Assembly: GCF_006345805.1 (NCBI RefSeq)
Contig: NC_043009.1
Coordinates: forward strand, 50,840,001-50,904,000
Direction: 5' to 3'
DNA length: 64,000 nt
Origin: Octopus sinensis
Lineage: Eukaryota
Positions within the stretch are counted from its first letter, which is position 1. Every line of letters starts with the position of its first letter. Under the pieces are notes generated by a model. That model ran no database searches. It was not told the DNA's origin and saw only the letters and a list, made by a program, of their open reading frames with translations. Shown one piece after another: positions 26,743 to 41,619 of the stretch. Position numbers and translations under genes: made by a program.

Positions 26743-27377
26743 CACAAAAGAGGTAAAAAGAAGCCGTCATTTACTGCAAATTAACGGTTCTTCGCTGCAT
26801 GTGAGATCAAGCACGAACTCTGTACCTATTTGATACAGTAGTCAGGAGTTAACATAAGGCGAGGTACTTAGCATACGATCACAGCTGGAAATGGCGGTAG
26901 CACTGTGGTATTCACGAAAGTTTCGTTGGAATGCCAGAGTTTCACATTGATATGCTCAGGTGTAGCATAGTTGTATAGCAGTAAACAAAAGCTGCAATAA
27001 ACATTGTCGTTTCACAATCGTCTCACTTTCAAACATAAAGACACAGAAGCCATCACAGTGACTTGCATGTCTGTATGTATGTATGTATGTATGTATGTAT
27101 GTACGTACGTGTATGTATGTATGTATGTATGTATGTATGTATGTATGTATGTATGTATGTATGTATGTATGTGTGCGCGTGTGCGTGTGTGTAATCTTGT
27201 AGTTTTTTATTCTTTTACTTTTTAGACACTTATAAACATGCACACACACACGTACATATACATACATACTCACGCACGCTGTCATACATTCATGTACGCA
27301 GGCACACACGCTAATATGTACACGTGTGTGTTTGTGTGTGCGCGCGCACGTGCATGTAAATATATATTTATATATTA

Positions 27378-27790
27378 GGCGCAGGAGTGGCTGTGTGGTA
27401 AGGAGCTTGTTTACCAACCACATGGTTCCGGGTTCAGTCCCACTGCGTGGCATCTTAGGCAAGTGTCTTCTGCTATAGCCCCGGGCCGACCAATGCCTTG
27501 TGAGTGGATTTGGTAGACGGAAACTGAAAGAAGCCTCTCGTATATATGTATATATATGTATGTGTGTGTGTGTTTGTGTGTGTTTGTATGTGTGTGTTTG
27601 TCCTCCCACCATCGCTTGACAACCGATGCTGGTGTGTTTACGTCCCCGTCACTTAGCGGTTCGGCAAAAGAGACCGATAGAATAAGTACTGGGCTTACAA
27701 AGAATAAGTCCCGGGGGCGATTTGTTCGACTAAAGGCGGTGCTCCAGCATGGCCGCATTCAAATGACTGAAACAAGTAAAAGAATAAAAG
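27378..27790 (+). mobile_element. SINE family A
   Basis: Full-length. Confidence 0.9.
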
Positions 27791-28243
27791 AACGTATCTC
27801 ACTCATTTTTCCCTCTTTTGTTTACGTATTTCATGTTATTTGCACCATTGGTGATGTCCTGCACCCATATATATGTATGTATATATATATATATATATAT
27901 TATATATTATATATATATTATATATACAGCGAGAGAGAGAGAGAGAGAGAGAGGTATGAAATGTAATGTGTCATTGAGACCCAAAGGTGTCAGGTAATGC
28001 TGAATAAGTGCTATAGAATGACCGCAGCAGTAGCAGTTAAGTTCCAGGTTCGGTGATTATGCGAATAAGGGGTTCAACGTTGGCCATATGTCAGCGTGTG
28101 TATATATAAATTTTATTTCGCAATGAGATAAAATTAACCAAGTGTATGTAGATTTTAAAACATTTATAGATAAATGTTCTAAAATCTACACAGCCTTGGT
28201 TTTTTTTTATTTCATTACGAAATAAAATTTTTATATATGTGTG

Positions 28244-28280
<37 letters not shown>

Positions 28281-28293
28281 ATATATGTATATA

Positions 28294-28698
28294 CTCTTTT
28301 ACTCTTTTACTTGTTTCAGTCATTTGACTGCGGCCATGCTGGAGCACCCGCCTTTAGTCGAGCAACTCAACCCGGGACTTATTCTTTTTGTAAGCCCAGT
28401 ACTTATTCTATCGGTCTTTTTGGCCGAACCGTTAAGTGACGGGGACGTCCGTAAACACACCAGCATCGGGTGTCAAGCAATGCTAGGGGAAAAACGCAGA
28501 CACAATACACACACACGCATATAATATAATATACATATATACGACAGGGTCTTCAGTTCCGTCTACCAAATCCACTCACAAGCATTGGTCGGCCCGGGCT
28601 ATAGCAGAAGACACTTGCCCAAGATGCACGCAGTGGGACTGAACCCGGAACCATGTGGTTGGTTAGCAAGCTACTTACCACAAAGCCACTCCTGCGCC
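28294..28698 (-). mobile_element. SINE family A
   Basis: Full-length, inverted relative to the 27378 copy. Confidence 0.9.
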
Positions 28699-28779
28699 TA
28701 TATATATATGTTTCTCTCATTTATTATTTATTATGTATGTATATACATACGCATATATGGATACATGCGTATTTCTACG

Positions 28780-29310
28780 AAAGAAAGGAAACACAATAAG
28801 CTATGCTGTAGATTTCATTGTTGCCTGAAGACTCTAAGTAACAGGGCATTTGAGTTCGAACAGACATTAATCGCCTGTGATTTCCTATTTTCCGAACTTC
28901 CTTATCGAACTTTTTCTTTACTTCTGATGATGTATAAAATATATACTTTCTAGATTTCTTTCAATAGACAAATAATTTCCTGAATCGATTCCTCCATATT
29001 CTAAAATACTTCAGCATTGAGATGTGGAAATTCTTTAATCGCAGTTTTCCTTTACTTTCCACCACAATCTGTTTCCACCCCACTCAGCCTCCCTCCTCCG
29101 TCAAAAAAGCATTCTGCAGCCATTCTTTATCTTCTGATAGGAGTCACCACCTGTTTTACTCTTTCCCTAATATGCACCTTTGACCGTAACCTTCTCTCCT
29201 GTACTTGCGCGCACACTTATTCCATTCCAGAACTCACCATAGCCTTCACCTTTTTCGCATTTACTAAAAGACTCGAGCGCCACTCACTGCTAAAATGCAC
29301 CTCTTCTAAC
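28780..29310 (-). mobile_element. Possible decayed RTE-clade endonuclease fragment
   Basis: Minus translation fragments (RMLFDGGGRLSGV, RISTSQ) loosely resemble the RTE APE domain; many stops. Confidence 0.35.
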
Positions 29311-29792
29311 GTGGGTATGGGGCGTTTTGTCACAGCTGTTTTGGCGCCGCCTGTTTGTCGCTGATTCGACGCTGACTTACTTGACATCACTCTCTCTCCT
29401 TCCCCCTCTCTTTATGTGTGTAAGTACGTTCTTCTTTACGTGTGAAGAAAGGATAAGCGTGTATGTCTAATCGTTCAATTAACAGAGTGTAACGTCTCTC
29501 TCTTTCCCTTCTCACTCTTTCTCTCTCTGCATGTGTATATTTCTGCACGCGTGTATTTGCCTCCGCTACCAAAAAAAGTAGTCCCTCAAACAGGTTCTCA
29601 GTCAAGACAGTAGTGCCAAATTGGCAGCGTTCAAACAGCAACGCCCACTCGTCTCATACCGTCCTAACGTCATTACATTTATCCTCCTGCCCTCGTATCC
29701 CCCGCGTTCTCTTACCATGCTTTGGCTCCAATAATCTTCGTAATATACATAAATGTTAGTCGGTTGTGTAGTTAATTAAATAATATATCAAA

Positions 29793-30188
29793 CTAGCAGT
29801 ATCGCCCGGCGTTGCTCGGGTTTGTAAGGGAAATAACTATAAAGCATTTTTAGAGAGTTATAGCCAAAAAACAGCAAAAAATGCAATTAAAATGGAAAAA
29901 AAAATTATGGTAAATTTTTTTTTAATCGTTGACTCATCGTAGACATTTTTAGAGAGTTACTTCCCGTTATTTAAAAAATATGCTTTAAAATGGAAAAAAA
30001 TTATGGTAAATTATTTTAAAAATCGTAGACTCATCGTAGACGCGCGCTAATACCCAGAAGGGCTCGATATGAATCACGACTATAAGATACCCGGTGTTGG
30101 TTAAACTGCACCGCAAAATGTGGAAGTAGTTAGGAATCTAAATCGTAGGAGACAGACACTCACACAACTACAGTTTTATATATAAAGA
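29793..30188 (-). mobile_element. Non-autonomous Helitron
   Basis: Minus strand A|TC...CCCGAGCAACGCCGGG hairpin...CTAG|T; near-identical ends to the 62476 copy. Confidence 0.85.
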
Positions 30189-30474
30189 TATTATATATTG
30201 CTATAAAACACGTATTATGTTCAAATCAAGAATACTTTTAACGTTATAAGACAGCTATTGCTATTTATATATAAGGGAGAACCTTCTCTGATGAGGATAC
30301 AAATAACCTCTGAAACGGATCTGTAAGATATCTAAATATTTCTGTTTATTTAAAAAAAAAACAAAAAACAAAACAATAGGATGCTTTCATATCTCATGCA
30401 GTATCTAAAGCTGAAACTTTCAAAGGAATAACTGTAGATTACTCTACGTTTCATGTGTGTGTGTGTCTATTCCG

Positions 30475-30700
30475 TGAGCTGGCAGAAATGTTAGCATGCC
30501 GGGCGAAATGCGTAGCCGTATTTCGTGTGCCGTTACGTTCTGAGTTCAAATTCCGCCGAGGTCGACTTTGCCTTTCATCCTTTCGGCGTCGATAAATAAA
30601 GTACCAGTTATGCACTGGGGTCGATGCAGTCGACTTACTCCCTTTGTCTGTCCTTGTTTGTCCCCTCTATGTTTAGCCCCTTGTGAGCAATAAAGAAATA
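30475..30700 (+). mobile_element. SINE family B, tail type 1
   Basis: Head to aataaagaaata; short tattcc flank repeat. Confidence 0.85.
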
Positions 30701-31166
30701 TATTCCTTATTTTATACACTCATTATATATATATTCATATATGGACACGTTTTATACACTCACATATGACAGAATATTTCTTAAAATTTGCTTGTCATTC
30801 GAGTCAAACTCATAAAACAGACATATGTTCTTCTCTTTCTAATACCTCCTTGGAAGGCAAAATAATTTCCGGTTTCATAACAGCTATATATTAAGTGCAT
30901 TATAGATCTGAACATACAGAACTTGGGATTATCGTTACTGCGCCGGGAAAAAATTCTTAGCGATATTGCTTCCGATTTCACGTTCTGAGCTCAAATGCCG
31001 CCGGGTTCGAATTTACCTTCTATTCTTTCGCGGTTGATAAAAGAAGTACCAGTTGAATCAACTTATCCCCTCCTCCTCCAATATTGTTGGCTTTGCACCA
31101 AAATTTGAAACCAATATCGTTATGCGTTAATTTATACATCGAACATGAAATGCAGCCTGTCTAACC

Positions 31167-31400
31167 TATTTCTTTACTACCCACAAGGGGCTAAACACAG
31201 AGAGGACAAACAAGGACAGACAAACGGATTAAGTCGATTATATCGACCCCAGTGCGTAACTGGTACTTATTTAATCGACTCCGAAAGGATGAAAGGCAAA
31301 GTCGACCTCGGCGGAATTTGAACTCAGAACGTAGCGATAGACGAAATACGGCTACGCATTTCGCCCAGCGTGCTAACGTTTCTGCCAGCCCACTGCCTTT
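31167..31400 (-). mobile_element. SINE family B, tail type 1 (monomer)
   Basis: 18-bp TSD aatgcagcctgtctaacc at 31149-31166 and 31401-31418. Confidence 0.9.
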
Positions 31401-31589
31401 AATGCAGCCTGTCTAACCATTAAATCAGTCCCCCATTCTATGAATTATATACTGGATTCCGTGCATTAAATTTGCGTCTCATTAACCGTATTGGAAACCA
31501 GTTAGTTTTTATTTTTAAATAGATAATGCTTTTTAGTTTAGGTAGGTGCGGTCTATCCGGTCAACAGAGAAGGTACGTTCCTGATACAG

Positions 31590-33265
<1,676 letters not shown>

Positions 33266-33420
33266 TTACCGATGCAAAGAGTAAAATTGAATTCAAAATA
33301 TGCGTATATATAGTAGATATGTGTACAATAAAAAAAATGTGTACATTTATTTATGTGCAAACATAGGAATGTATACATGTAGGTGTTTGTATTTTGTATG
33401 TCTGTGTATGTGTGTGTGGG

Positions 33421-33818
33421 TGGAGGGGCAATGGCCCAGTGGTTAGGGCAGTGGACTCGCGTTCGTGGGATCGCGGTTTCGATTCTCAGACCGGGCGTTG
33501 TGATTGTTTATTGAGCGAAAACACATAAAAAGCTCCACGCGGCTCCAGCTGTGGGTAGTGGCGAACTCTGTTGTATTCTTTCACCACAATTTTCTCTCAC
33601 TCTTTCTTCTTGTTTCTGTCACATACTGTCACGCTGAATCTCTCACTGTTTCTTCCAGCCTTGTCACACACTGTGTCACGCTGAATCTCCCCCGAGAACT
33701 AACGTTAAGGGGGACATGTGTCTGTGGAGTGCTCAGCCACATACACGTTAATTTCGCGAGCAGGCTCTTTCGTTGATCGGATCAGCTGGAACCCTCGTCG
33801 TCGTAACCGACGGAGTAC
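33421..33818 (+). mobile_element. SINE family C, long-tail variant
   Basis: Same head; tail ...ggaaccctcgtcgtcgtaaccgacggag shared with the 53142 copy. Confidence 0.8.
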
Positions 33819-34116
33819 CATATATATATATGTGTAAATGCATGTGCGTCTATACACACACATACACGCGCGCATACACACACACATGAATGTATGTGTA
33901 TATGTATGCATACATGTTTTCTAAACACATTTGCAGACACATATAAATATATATATATATATTCGAGATTAAACAGCCGAAATTGCTAAGATGATCCGGT
34001 TCCGACTGAAGATTAGAGGGTTCGAGTGACCCGTCTGTTTTTTTTTGTGACGTCTTTTTGTGTGTTTTTGCGTTCTTGTCCCACTTTGTAATTTATATTT
34101 TATATTTATTTATTAT

Positions 34117-34172
<56 letters not shown>

Positions 34173-34582
34173 ATATAATATATATATATGTTTTATGTCT
34201 TTATTCATGCATATGTTCGCATATATTATAAATACACTCCTCCTAATTTTTTGTCCTTTTTTAATTTTCTTTTCCAGAACACAAGGCTGAAATCATTAAT
34301 TAAAAAGTAATGCTCTGTATTGGAAATTAGACAATAATTACAATTTCGCCAAGTCTATTCTTGGATTGAGCATAAGCGGTCTTGGGCTTTCATTTTCTAT
34401 TCATATATGTGTATGGTCCGATTGTAGCCGCCATGTACTCGTAAGTGTAAGTAATGAGATGTAAAGTGGTCCGAACTGGTATACACAATAAAGTTTTACT
34501 CATCTTAATGCACTGGTCTCTCTCTCTCTCTCTCTCCTTCTATCTTTCTTTCTGTCTGTCTTTCTTTCTTTCTCTTTTTCAT

Positions 34583-34617
<35 letters not shown>

Positions 34618-34675
34618 TTCTCTCTTCTTTTTCTTCTTTGTCTCTCTCACTTTCACATTGGCACATATAAATATG

Positions 34676-34736
<61 letters not shown>

Positions 34737-34852
34737 CTATCTATCTATCTATTTCTATATATATGTGTGTACGTGTGTTATGTATACATGTATGTACGTA
34801 TATATAGATAGATAATAGATAGATAGATGGATAGATAGATAGATAGATTAAC

Positions 34853-34900
<48 letters not shown>

Positions 34901-34957
34901 TGACAGATAGATAGATAGATAGATAGATAATACGATAGATAGATAGATAGATAGATA

Positions 34958-36844
34958 TGTTTCTTTATTAGCCACACAGGGCTGCACACAGATAGAACAA
35001 ATTACAAGGTAGAGCTTTTCTTTTGAAGTTTAAAAAAAAAAAAAAAAAAAAAGGAAGGGGGATTTCGATCAAAAGGGATCGTAAAAGGAGAGAAAGAGGA
35101 CAAAAAAAAGGGGGTGTTTAAAACAAAAAAAAAAAAAGGGGGAGAGGAGAAAAAAAATTGATCAATAGGGATCGTTATCACAGAAATGTCAATATGAAGT
35201 GTAAAGGGAGGCGGTGAGGTTTACCCGTGGAAAGAAAAGCCTGCGGAAAAGACCACGTAACCTCGGTCAATGAAGTCACATTTTATATTTCTTTTTTTTT
35301 TTTTTTTTTTTTTTTTTTTGCAATAAGCAACTCTCTGTTTTCGATTTCCTGGTTCATGGACTATGCTCAAGGTGGCTCGTCATTCATACGTGCCATTCTT
35401 GCTACATTCACCCATCTTTTTTTAAAACATTCGCTAGACAAAACTTGCCTCTCTACTCTCTCACTTTCCTTTTCAAGTTGTACTTGAAGAAGTTGATGAG
35501 AGATTGACCAAGAGGAAAGTTTTTGTCTCCACATCCTTTCGACGCGGCCGTCCACCAGATACATTCTTTCGCCATAGCCACAAGGATGATGAAAATAGCT
35601 CTTCCTTCCCGTTTGAAGGAAGGAGGCGTGACAATATTGACGATAGACTCAGCTGATAACCGACCTCGTCCCACACGTGACAGCAGTTGTTCGACATAAG
35701 CCCACAGGTCGGAAATTGTTGGACACTGAACGAGTGCGTGCAGAACGTTTTCGTCGCTCTGACCGCATCTCGGGCAGGTCGGCCCCGTGTTTCTCGAGCC
35801 GTGTCTGTAGAGCTTATCCCGAACGGGTAGCGCTATCTCGGTAGCACTGCCAGGCCAGGGATCTCTGGAAGTTGTCCATGGGCCCTGGCCCGAAAGTCTC
35901 CCGAACAGGCGGGTCAGGTACTCCTCGTCGACGTCCAGGTTCGCCCCGAGCTCGTCGTCGTACCTCCCCTCCACTAACCCCTATAGAATGCTTTGGTTGT
36001 GTTGAAGTCACTTAAGGTCGACCCAGGACGGCAGATAGTTGCTTGAGAGCAACGCGACACTCGCGGTGCCATTCGCGCCTTCCTCGGCCTCTTTTTGATC
36101 CACGACTGCAGTTCGGTCATGGAGACGAGCTGCGGAAAGCTTGCCTCACAAACGGCGACCACACCTGTTCACCGTCGTCTACATAGAGCCAGAGATGTCG
36201 CATCTCAGCGCGTGTCTGCGCATCATCAACCACGGCATGCCCAGCCCTCCTTTTAACGGGTGTTGACAGCAAATGGATCGCCTGACCATCGGACGCATCC
36301 TTCCACAAGAAGCGAAAGAGGATGCTGTGTAGTTTGGTGATGGTAGGGTCGGGACAAGGTACGACGGTCAGGCGGTATTAGATGACGGATGCGATGTACG
36401 TGTTCGCCACCGGCCGCTCGACCTTTTAGGGACAGTTTTCCTCTCGGCCCATTCCGGGCGAGAGTGACCACCCTACTCGTTATCTCGTTCCAGTTCTTCT
36501 CCACTTGGAGGTCCGGACCGAACCAGACCCCGAGCAACTCAACCTGGCCGTCGGTCCAGCGTCCCACGACGGAGGCGCTGGTGGACGGCATGGGCTTGCT
36601 TCTCCAGGTGCCTAGTCGCAAGCCCCACTGACTTTTTCTCCCGGTTATTTTCGCTCCTGCCACCGCTCATCGCGGTAGTTTTTCAGTGTCTCCGCTCGCC
36701 GCCCCCTCCGATGTGCTCGTGGCTAGACACTATGACGGTGACGTTCGTCCGCGTAATGCAGACACGCTCGTACCCGCATCCCCAATTCTCGCGGGATGCC
36801 CCTTAGAGTCCCAGCTTCCGCAGTAGTTGCGCGTCAAGAGTCAA
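34958..36844 (-). mobile_element. 5'-truncated Tx1/L1-clade LINE (end of RT, CCHC zinc finger, 3'UTR, AATAAA)
   Basis: VSAYAD(D)VT-like motif near 36730-36770 with indels, LLGVWFGPDL, CPRCGQSDENVLHALVQC; AATAAA at 34969->34964; (AGAT)n directly on both sides. Confidence 0.85.
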
Positions 36845-36863
36845 GATAGATAGATTGGACGAA

Positions 36864-36900
<37 letters not shown>

Positions 36901-36945
36901 GAGATGAATAGATAGATAGATAGATTGGACAATATAGATAATAGA

Positions 36946-36976
<31 letters not shown>

Positions 36977-37737
36977 AATAGATAGATAGATAGATAGGAT
37001 AGATAGATTATAACATTCTTATATATATCTTTAGTGTTATTATACTTTACAAAAGTAGTGAATTCGAAGTTTCGACCTAACTAGCCTTCAACAGACTGTC
37101 TGTCTGTCTCGCTGACTGTCTGTCTGTCTGTCTATCTATCTGTCTGTCTGTCTGTCTGTCTGTCTCGCTGACTGGCTGTCTGTCTGTCCGTCTATCTATC
37201 TGTCTGTCTGTCTGTCTGTTAACCAGTCATCAGCGAGACTATGTCCTTCGTTATCATATCGTTGTGCCTTCGTCGTTACGAGATGCTATGGATGGCAAGA
37301 TGCTATATCTAAAAGCTTTAGGCAAAACATGGATGTATTCGATGATAGCACGTCAACACACCCACGTGGTGTGGTGGTGTGTGTGTGTGTGTGTGGTGGA
37401 GGTGGGCTCATGAGTTCGATTCCCTTGAGGCGCCATATGTCAAGGCACGTTATGTCGTTGAGCTAGCACGTCATTTCACGTTGTTCCATCCCACTCAGCT
37501 GCAGAAATGAGTAATACCTGTATTTTAAAAGGGTCAGTTTTGTTACAATCGGTGTGTCACGCTGAATCTCCCTGACAACTTACATCAATGGTCATTACGT
37601 CCCCTAATCTAGCGGTTCGGCAAAATGAGACTGATGAAATATATACCAGCTTCAAAGAATAAGACCTGGGGTCGATTTGGTTCGAGTATAGTGGTACTCC
37701 CAGCGTGGCCTCAGTCAAATGACTGAAGCAAGTAAAA

Positions 37738-37773
<36 letters not shown>

Positions 37774-37800
37774 GATAAACTCTTTGTATCTAGAAGGGTA

Positions 37801-38191
37801 GTGGCTGTGTGGTAAGTAGCTTGCTTTACCAACCATGGTTCCGGGTTCAGTCCCATTGCGTGGCATCTTGGCCAAGTGTCTTCTACTATCGCTCGGGTCG
37901 ACCAAAGCTTTGTGAGTGGATTTGGTAGACAGAAACTGAAGAAGCCCGTCGTATATATGTGATCTATATTATGTGTGTGTGTGTGGTTTGTGTTTGTGTG
38001 TGTGTGTTTGTGTGTGTGTGCTTGTCCCCCTAGCATTGCTTGACAACCGATGCTGGTGTGTTTACGTCCCCGTCACTTAGCGGTTCGGCAAAAGGAGACC
38101 GATAGAATAAGTACTGGGCTTACAAAGAATAAGTCCCGGGGTCGAATTGATCGACTAAAGGTGGTTGCCCCAGCATGGCCGCAGTCAAATG
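37801..38191 (+). mobile_element. SINE family A (left copy of gap-flanking duplication)
   Basis: Same as 38873-39296 but with single-base indels. Confidence 0.7.
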
Positions 38192-38291
38192 NNNNNNNNN
38201 NNNNNNNNNNNNNNNNNNNNNNNNNNNNNNNNNNNNNNNNNNNNNNNNNNNNNNNNNNNNNNNNNNNNNNNNNNNNNNNNNNNNNNNNNNN
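38192..38291. other. Assembly gap (100 N)
   Basis: Run of n. Confidence 1.
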
Positions 38292-38872
38292 CAGTCATCA
38301 GCGAGACTATGTCCTTCGTTTCATATCGTTGTGCCTTCGTCGTTACGAGATGCTATGGATGGCAAGATGCTATATCTAAAAGCTTTAGGCAAAACATGGA
38401 TGTATTCGATGATAGCACGTCAACAGCCACCACGTGGTGTGTGTGTGTGTGTGTGTTTGTGGTGTGTGGAGGTGGGGCTCATGAGTTCGATTCCCTTGAG
38501 GCGCCATATGTCAAGGCACGTTATGTCGTTGAGCTAGGCACGTCATTTCACGTTGGTCCATCCCACTCAGCTGCAGAAAATGAGTAATACCTGTATTTTA
38601 AAGGGTCAGTTTTGTTACAATCGGTGTGTCACGCTGAATCTCCCTGACAACTTACATCAATGGTATGCATTACGTCCCCGTAATCTAGCGGTTCGGCAAA
38701 AGAGACTGATGAAATATATACCAGGCTTCCAAAGAATAAGACCTGGGGTCGATTTGTTCGAGTATAGGTGGTACTCCAGCGTGGCCTCAGTCAAATGACT
38801 GAAGCAAGTAAAAGTACATATATATATATATATATATATATATGGCGATAAACTCTTTGTATCTAGAAGGGT

Positions 38873-39296
38873 AGTGGCTGTGTGGTAAGTAGCTTGCTTA
38901 CCAACACATGGTTCCGGGTTCAGTCCCATTGCGTGGCATCTTGGCCAAGTGTCTTCTACTATCGCCTCGGGTCGACCAAAGCTTTGTGAGTGGATTTGGT
39001 AGACAGAAACTGAAAGAAGCCCGTCGTATATATGTATATATATATATGTGTGTGTGTTTGTGTGTTTGTGTTTGTGTGTGTGTGTTTGTGTGTGTGTGCT
39101 TGTCCCCCTAGCATTGCTTGACAACCGATGCTGGTGTGTTTACGTCCCCGTCACTTAGCGGTTCGGCAAAAGAGACCGATAGAATAAGTACTGGGCTTAC
39201 AAAGAATAAGTCCCGGGGTCGAATTGATCGACTAAAGGTGGTGCCCCAGCATGGCCGCAGTCAAATGACTGAAACAAGTAAAAGAGTAAAAGAGTA
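38873..39296 (+). mobile_element. SINE family A, slightly 5'-truncated
   Basis: Starts agtggctgtgtgg; ends aaaagagtaaaagagt. Confidence 0.85.
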
Positions 39297-39336
<40 letters not shown>

Positions 39337-39623
39337 ATTTAGATATGAACATGAGTGTGTGTGAACGTAAACGTATATTAATAGATCTCGATGCTCAAAT
39401 CGATACGTTTCAGTAAATCCTAAGATGAATTGAAGTAATTAAACGAAAGTGTATCTTCTGGAATCGTAAACAAATGTGAATTTGTTTTCTTTCCTCTTCA
39501 TACATAGAAAAAAAAAATAAAGGAGATTGCCCTATCACGCTGCACAGTTCGTTGACCATGCATCACAAACAAAGTACACACCCTTCTAGATACAAAGAGT
39601 TTATCGCCAATAACAGTTTATAT

Positions 39624-39984
39624 CCGGGATTCTCAACCATTTTTTTTATTTGTGGACCCTTTGATTACAATTTTATTCTGGTGGATCCCCATCGCCATTT
39701 GATGTTTAAAACTAGTGTTAGAGATACTTCTTTTAAATTTCCTTTAAAGTGCCTATTTTGGTTTTTGCATATTAACTTGTGTAGGTTGAACTATGTAAAA
39801 TGCTGGAGAAAGAAACCTAGCTGTTTCTTGCAAATACATACCAATACATACATCAAAAGCAAAAGATTATCAGGAGCCCCTAAAATACTATTGTGGATCC
39901 TCAATTTACTCTTTCGTTGTGTGGACCCCACAAAATTTTATATGGACCCTCATGGGCCATATGGACTCCGGTTGAAAACCAATG
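39624..39984. mobile_element. hAT/Charlie-type MITE
   Basis: TIRs ccgggattctcaacc / ggttgaaaaccaatg; 8-bp TSD gtttatat / gttcatat; subterminal tggaccc repeats. Confidence 0.75.
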
Positions 39985-40024
39985 GTTCATATCAAGTGTC
40001 AACTATCAATATCAAGTTCCCTTA

Positions 40025-40260
40025 ACTGTTGCAGTCAGTCGTTGGGTGCTACACAACAGGCTTTTGCTGTCAGCCGTCGCCATTACTCTCAGTTCTCTGT
40101 CATACGTAGCAGGATCGTTGTGTTGTTACCCGTCCGGTCCTTGATGTTGTCAGACTGGGATTTTCTCTGTCTGCGTTTTTTTCACCCTCCGCCCTCCTTC
40201 AGCATGACCCTCAGCACAGATAAGATCATACCATTTTGACCGGCTTTCAACAGGGCGGAC
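40025..40260 (-). mobile_element. RTE-clade LINE 3' end fragment
   Basis: EGGRRVKKTQ...DNIKDRTG...LLRMTEN*E*WRRL...VAP resembles the RTE C-terminal motif. Confidence 0.6.
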
Positions 40261-40299
40261 AGCATCGCTCGTAGCATCACGTGCATCACAAAAATAACC

Positions 40300-40722
40300 C
40301 TTTCTACTATAGGCACAAGGCCTGAAATTCGGGGGAAGGGGCTAGTTGATTACATCGATCCCAGTACTCGACCCCGAAAGAATAAAAAGCAAGGCCGACC
40401 TCGGCGGAATTTGAACTTAGAAGGTAAAGACGAATGAAATGCCGCAAAGCATTTTGTTCGGTGTGATCACGATTCTACCAGCTCGCCGCCTTGATAATAA
40501 TGGCTTCCAATTTTGGCACAAAGCCAGCAATTTGGCAGGGTGGAAGGTAAGTCGATTACATTAACTCCAAGTACTTAACTAAAACTTAATTCACAAACTT
40601 CGAAGAGATGAAAGGCAAAGTAGACCTCGGCAAAATTTGAACTCAAAATGTATAGAGCCGGAAGAAATGCTGTTAAGAATTTTGTCCGACGTGCTAACGA
40701 TTCTGCCAGTTCCCCACCTAAA
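40300..40722 (-). mobile_element. Two adjacent SINE B tail-type-2 copies
   Basis: ~40300-40492 and ~40500-40722, both with the aaaggcaaag..gacctcggc core. Confidence 0.75.
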
Positions 40723-41122
40723 ATAATTATTATAAATTCTTACATGGTTTTATATGTGGGGGTAGGGTAGGGTATAATGAGCTTAATAGAGTTCAGTACT
40801 CACCTCGTTCTTGGTATTTATAATGATGAAAGATGAAAAGTAAAGTGAAAAAACATACTTAAATTTTTTAAAAGCGAGAAAAAACAAGTTAATTGCTTTA
40901 TTTTTCTGGTTTAAATTTTTTGCCAAATTTTAACGTAACATTTCTGTTATACTAATCATCATCGTCGTCGTCGTCGTCCTCTTCCTCTCCTCCTCCTCCT
41001 TCTCCTCCTCCCCCCTCCTTCTCTTCCCCTTCCTCCTCTTCGTCATCGTCGTCGTCGTCGCTGTCATCATCATCATCATCATCACATCATCATCATCATC
41101 AACAACAACAACAACATCATCG

Positions 41123-41153
<31 letters not shown>

Positions 41154-41619
41154 TAACAGCAACAGCAGTAACAGTAGCAGCAGCGGTATTACAATCAACG
41201 ATACTCGTCTCCACAATTACTGATAAGAGAGACCCGCCATTCCCGCTAACCTCAACCATCGTTCTGCTCTTGTCGCTATAAAAATTAATATGAAATGAAA
41301 TATTTAATTGAATCAAAATTGCAATCAAATAGGATTATTAAAGCTAAAAGTTGTTTTTTTTTTTCTTTGTTAATTTCATAGTCAACATAGTAATGGAGGA
41401 GTGCGTGTGAGCATACTAGTGTATCACAAGTGTATATGGAGATAATTATGCAAATAAACTAATGAAACCGCTTGGGCTACATATATAAAATATACATACA
41501 AGTATACATGTAAATAAAGACAAAACAAAAACCGAAAATATTTAGACGATGAACATTCATATATGAATCTATAAATATTTACATATTAACAGAGTAGACT
41601 TACATTGGACACAAAAACT

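Noticed and set aside
37224-39267. ~970-bp tandem duplication (37224-38191 vs 38292-39267)
   Set aside because: It flanks a 100-N gap and the copies differ mainly by single-base indels, typical of overlapping contig ends; most likely an assembly artefact.
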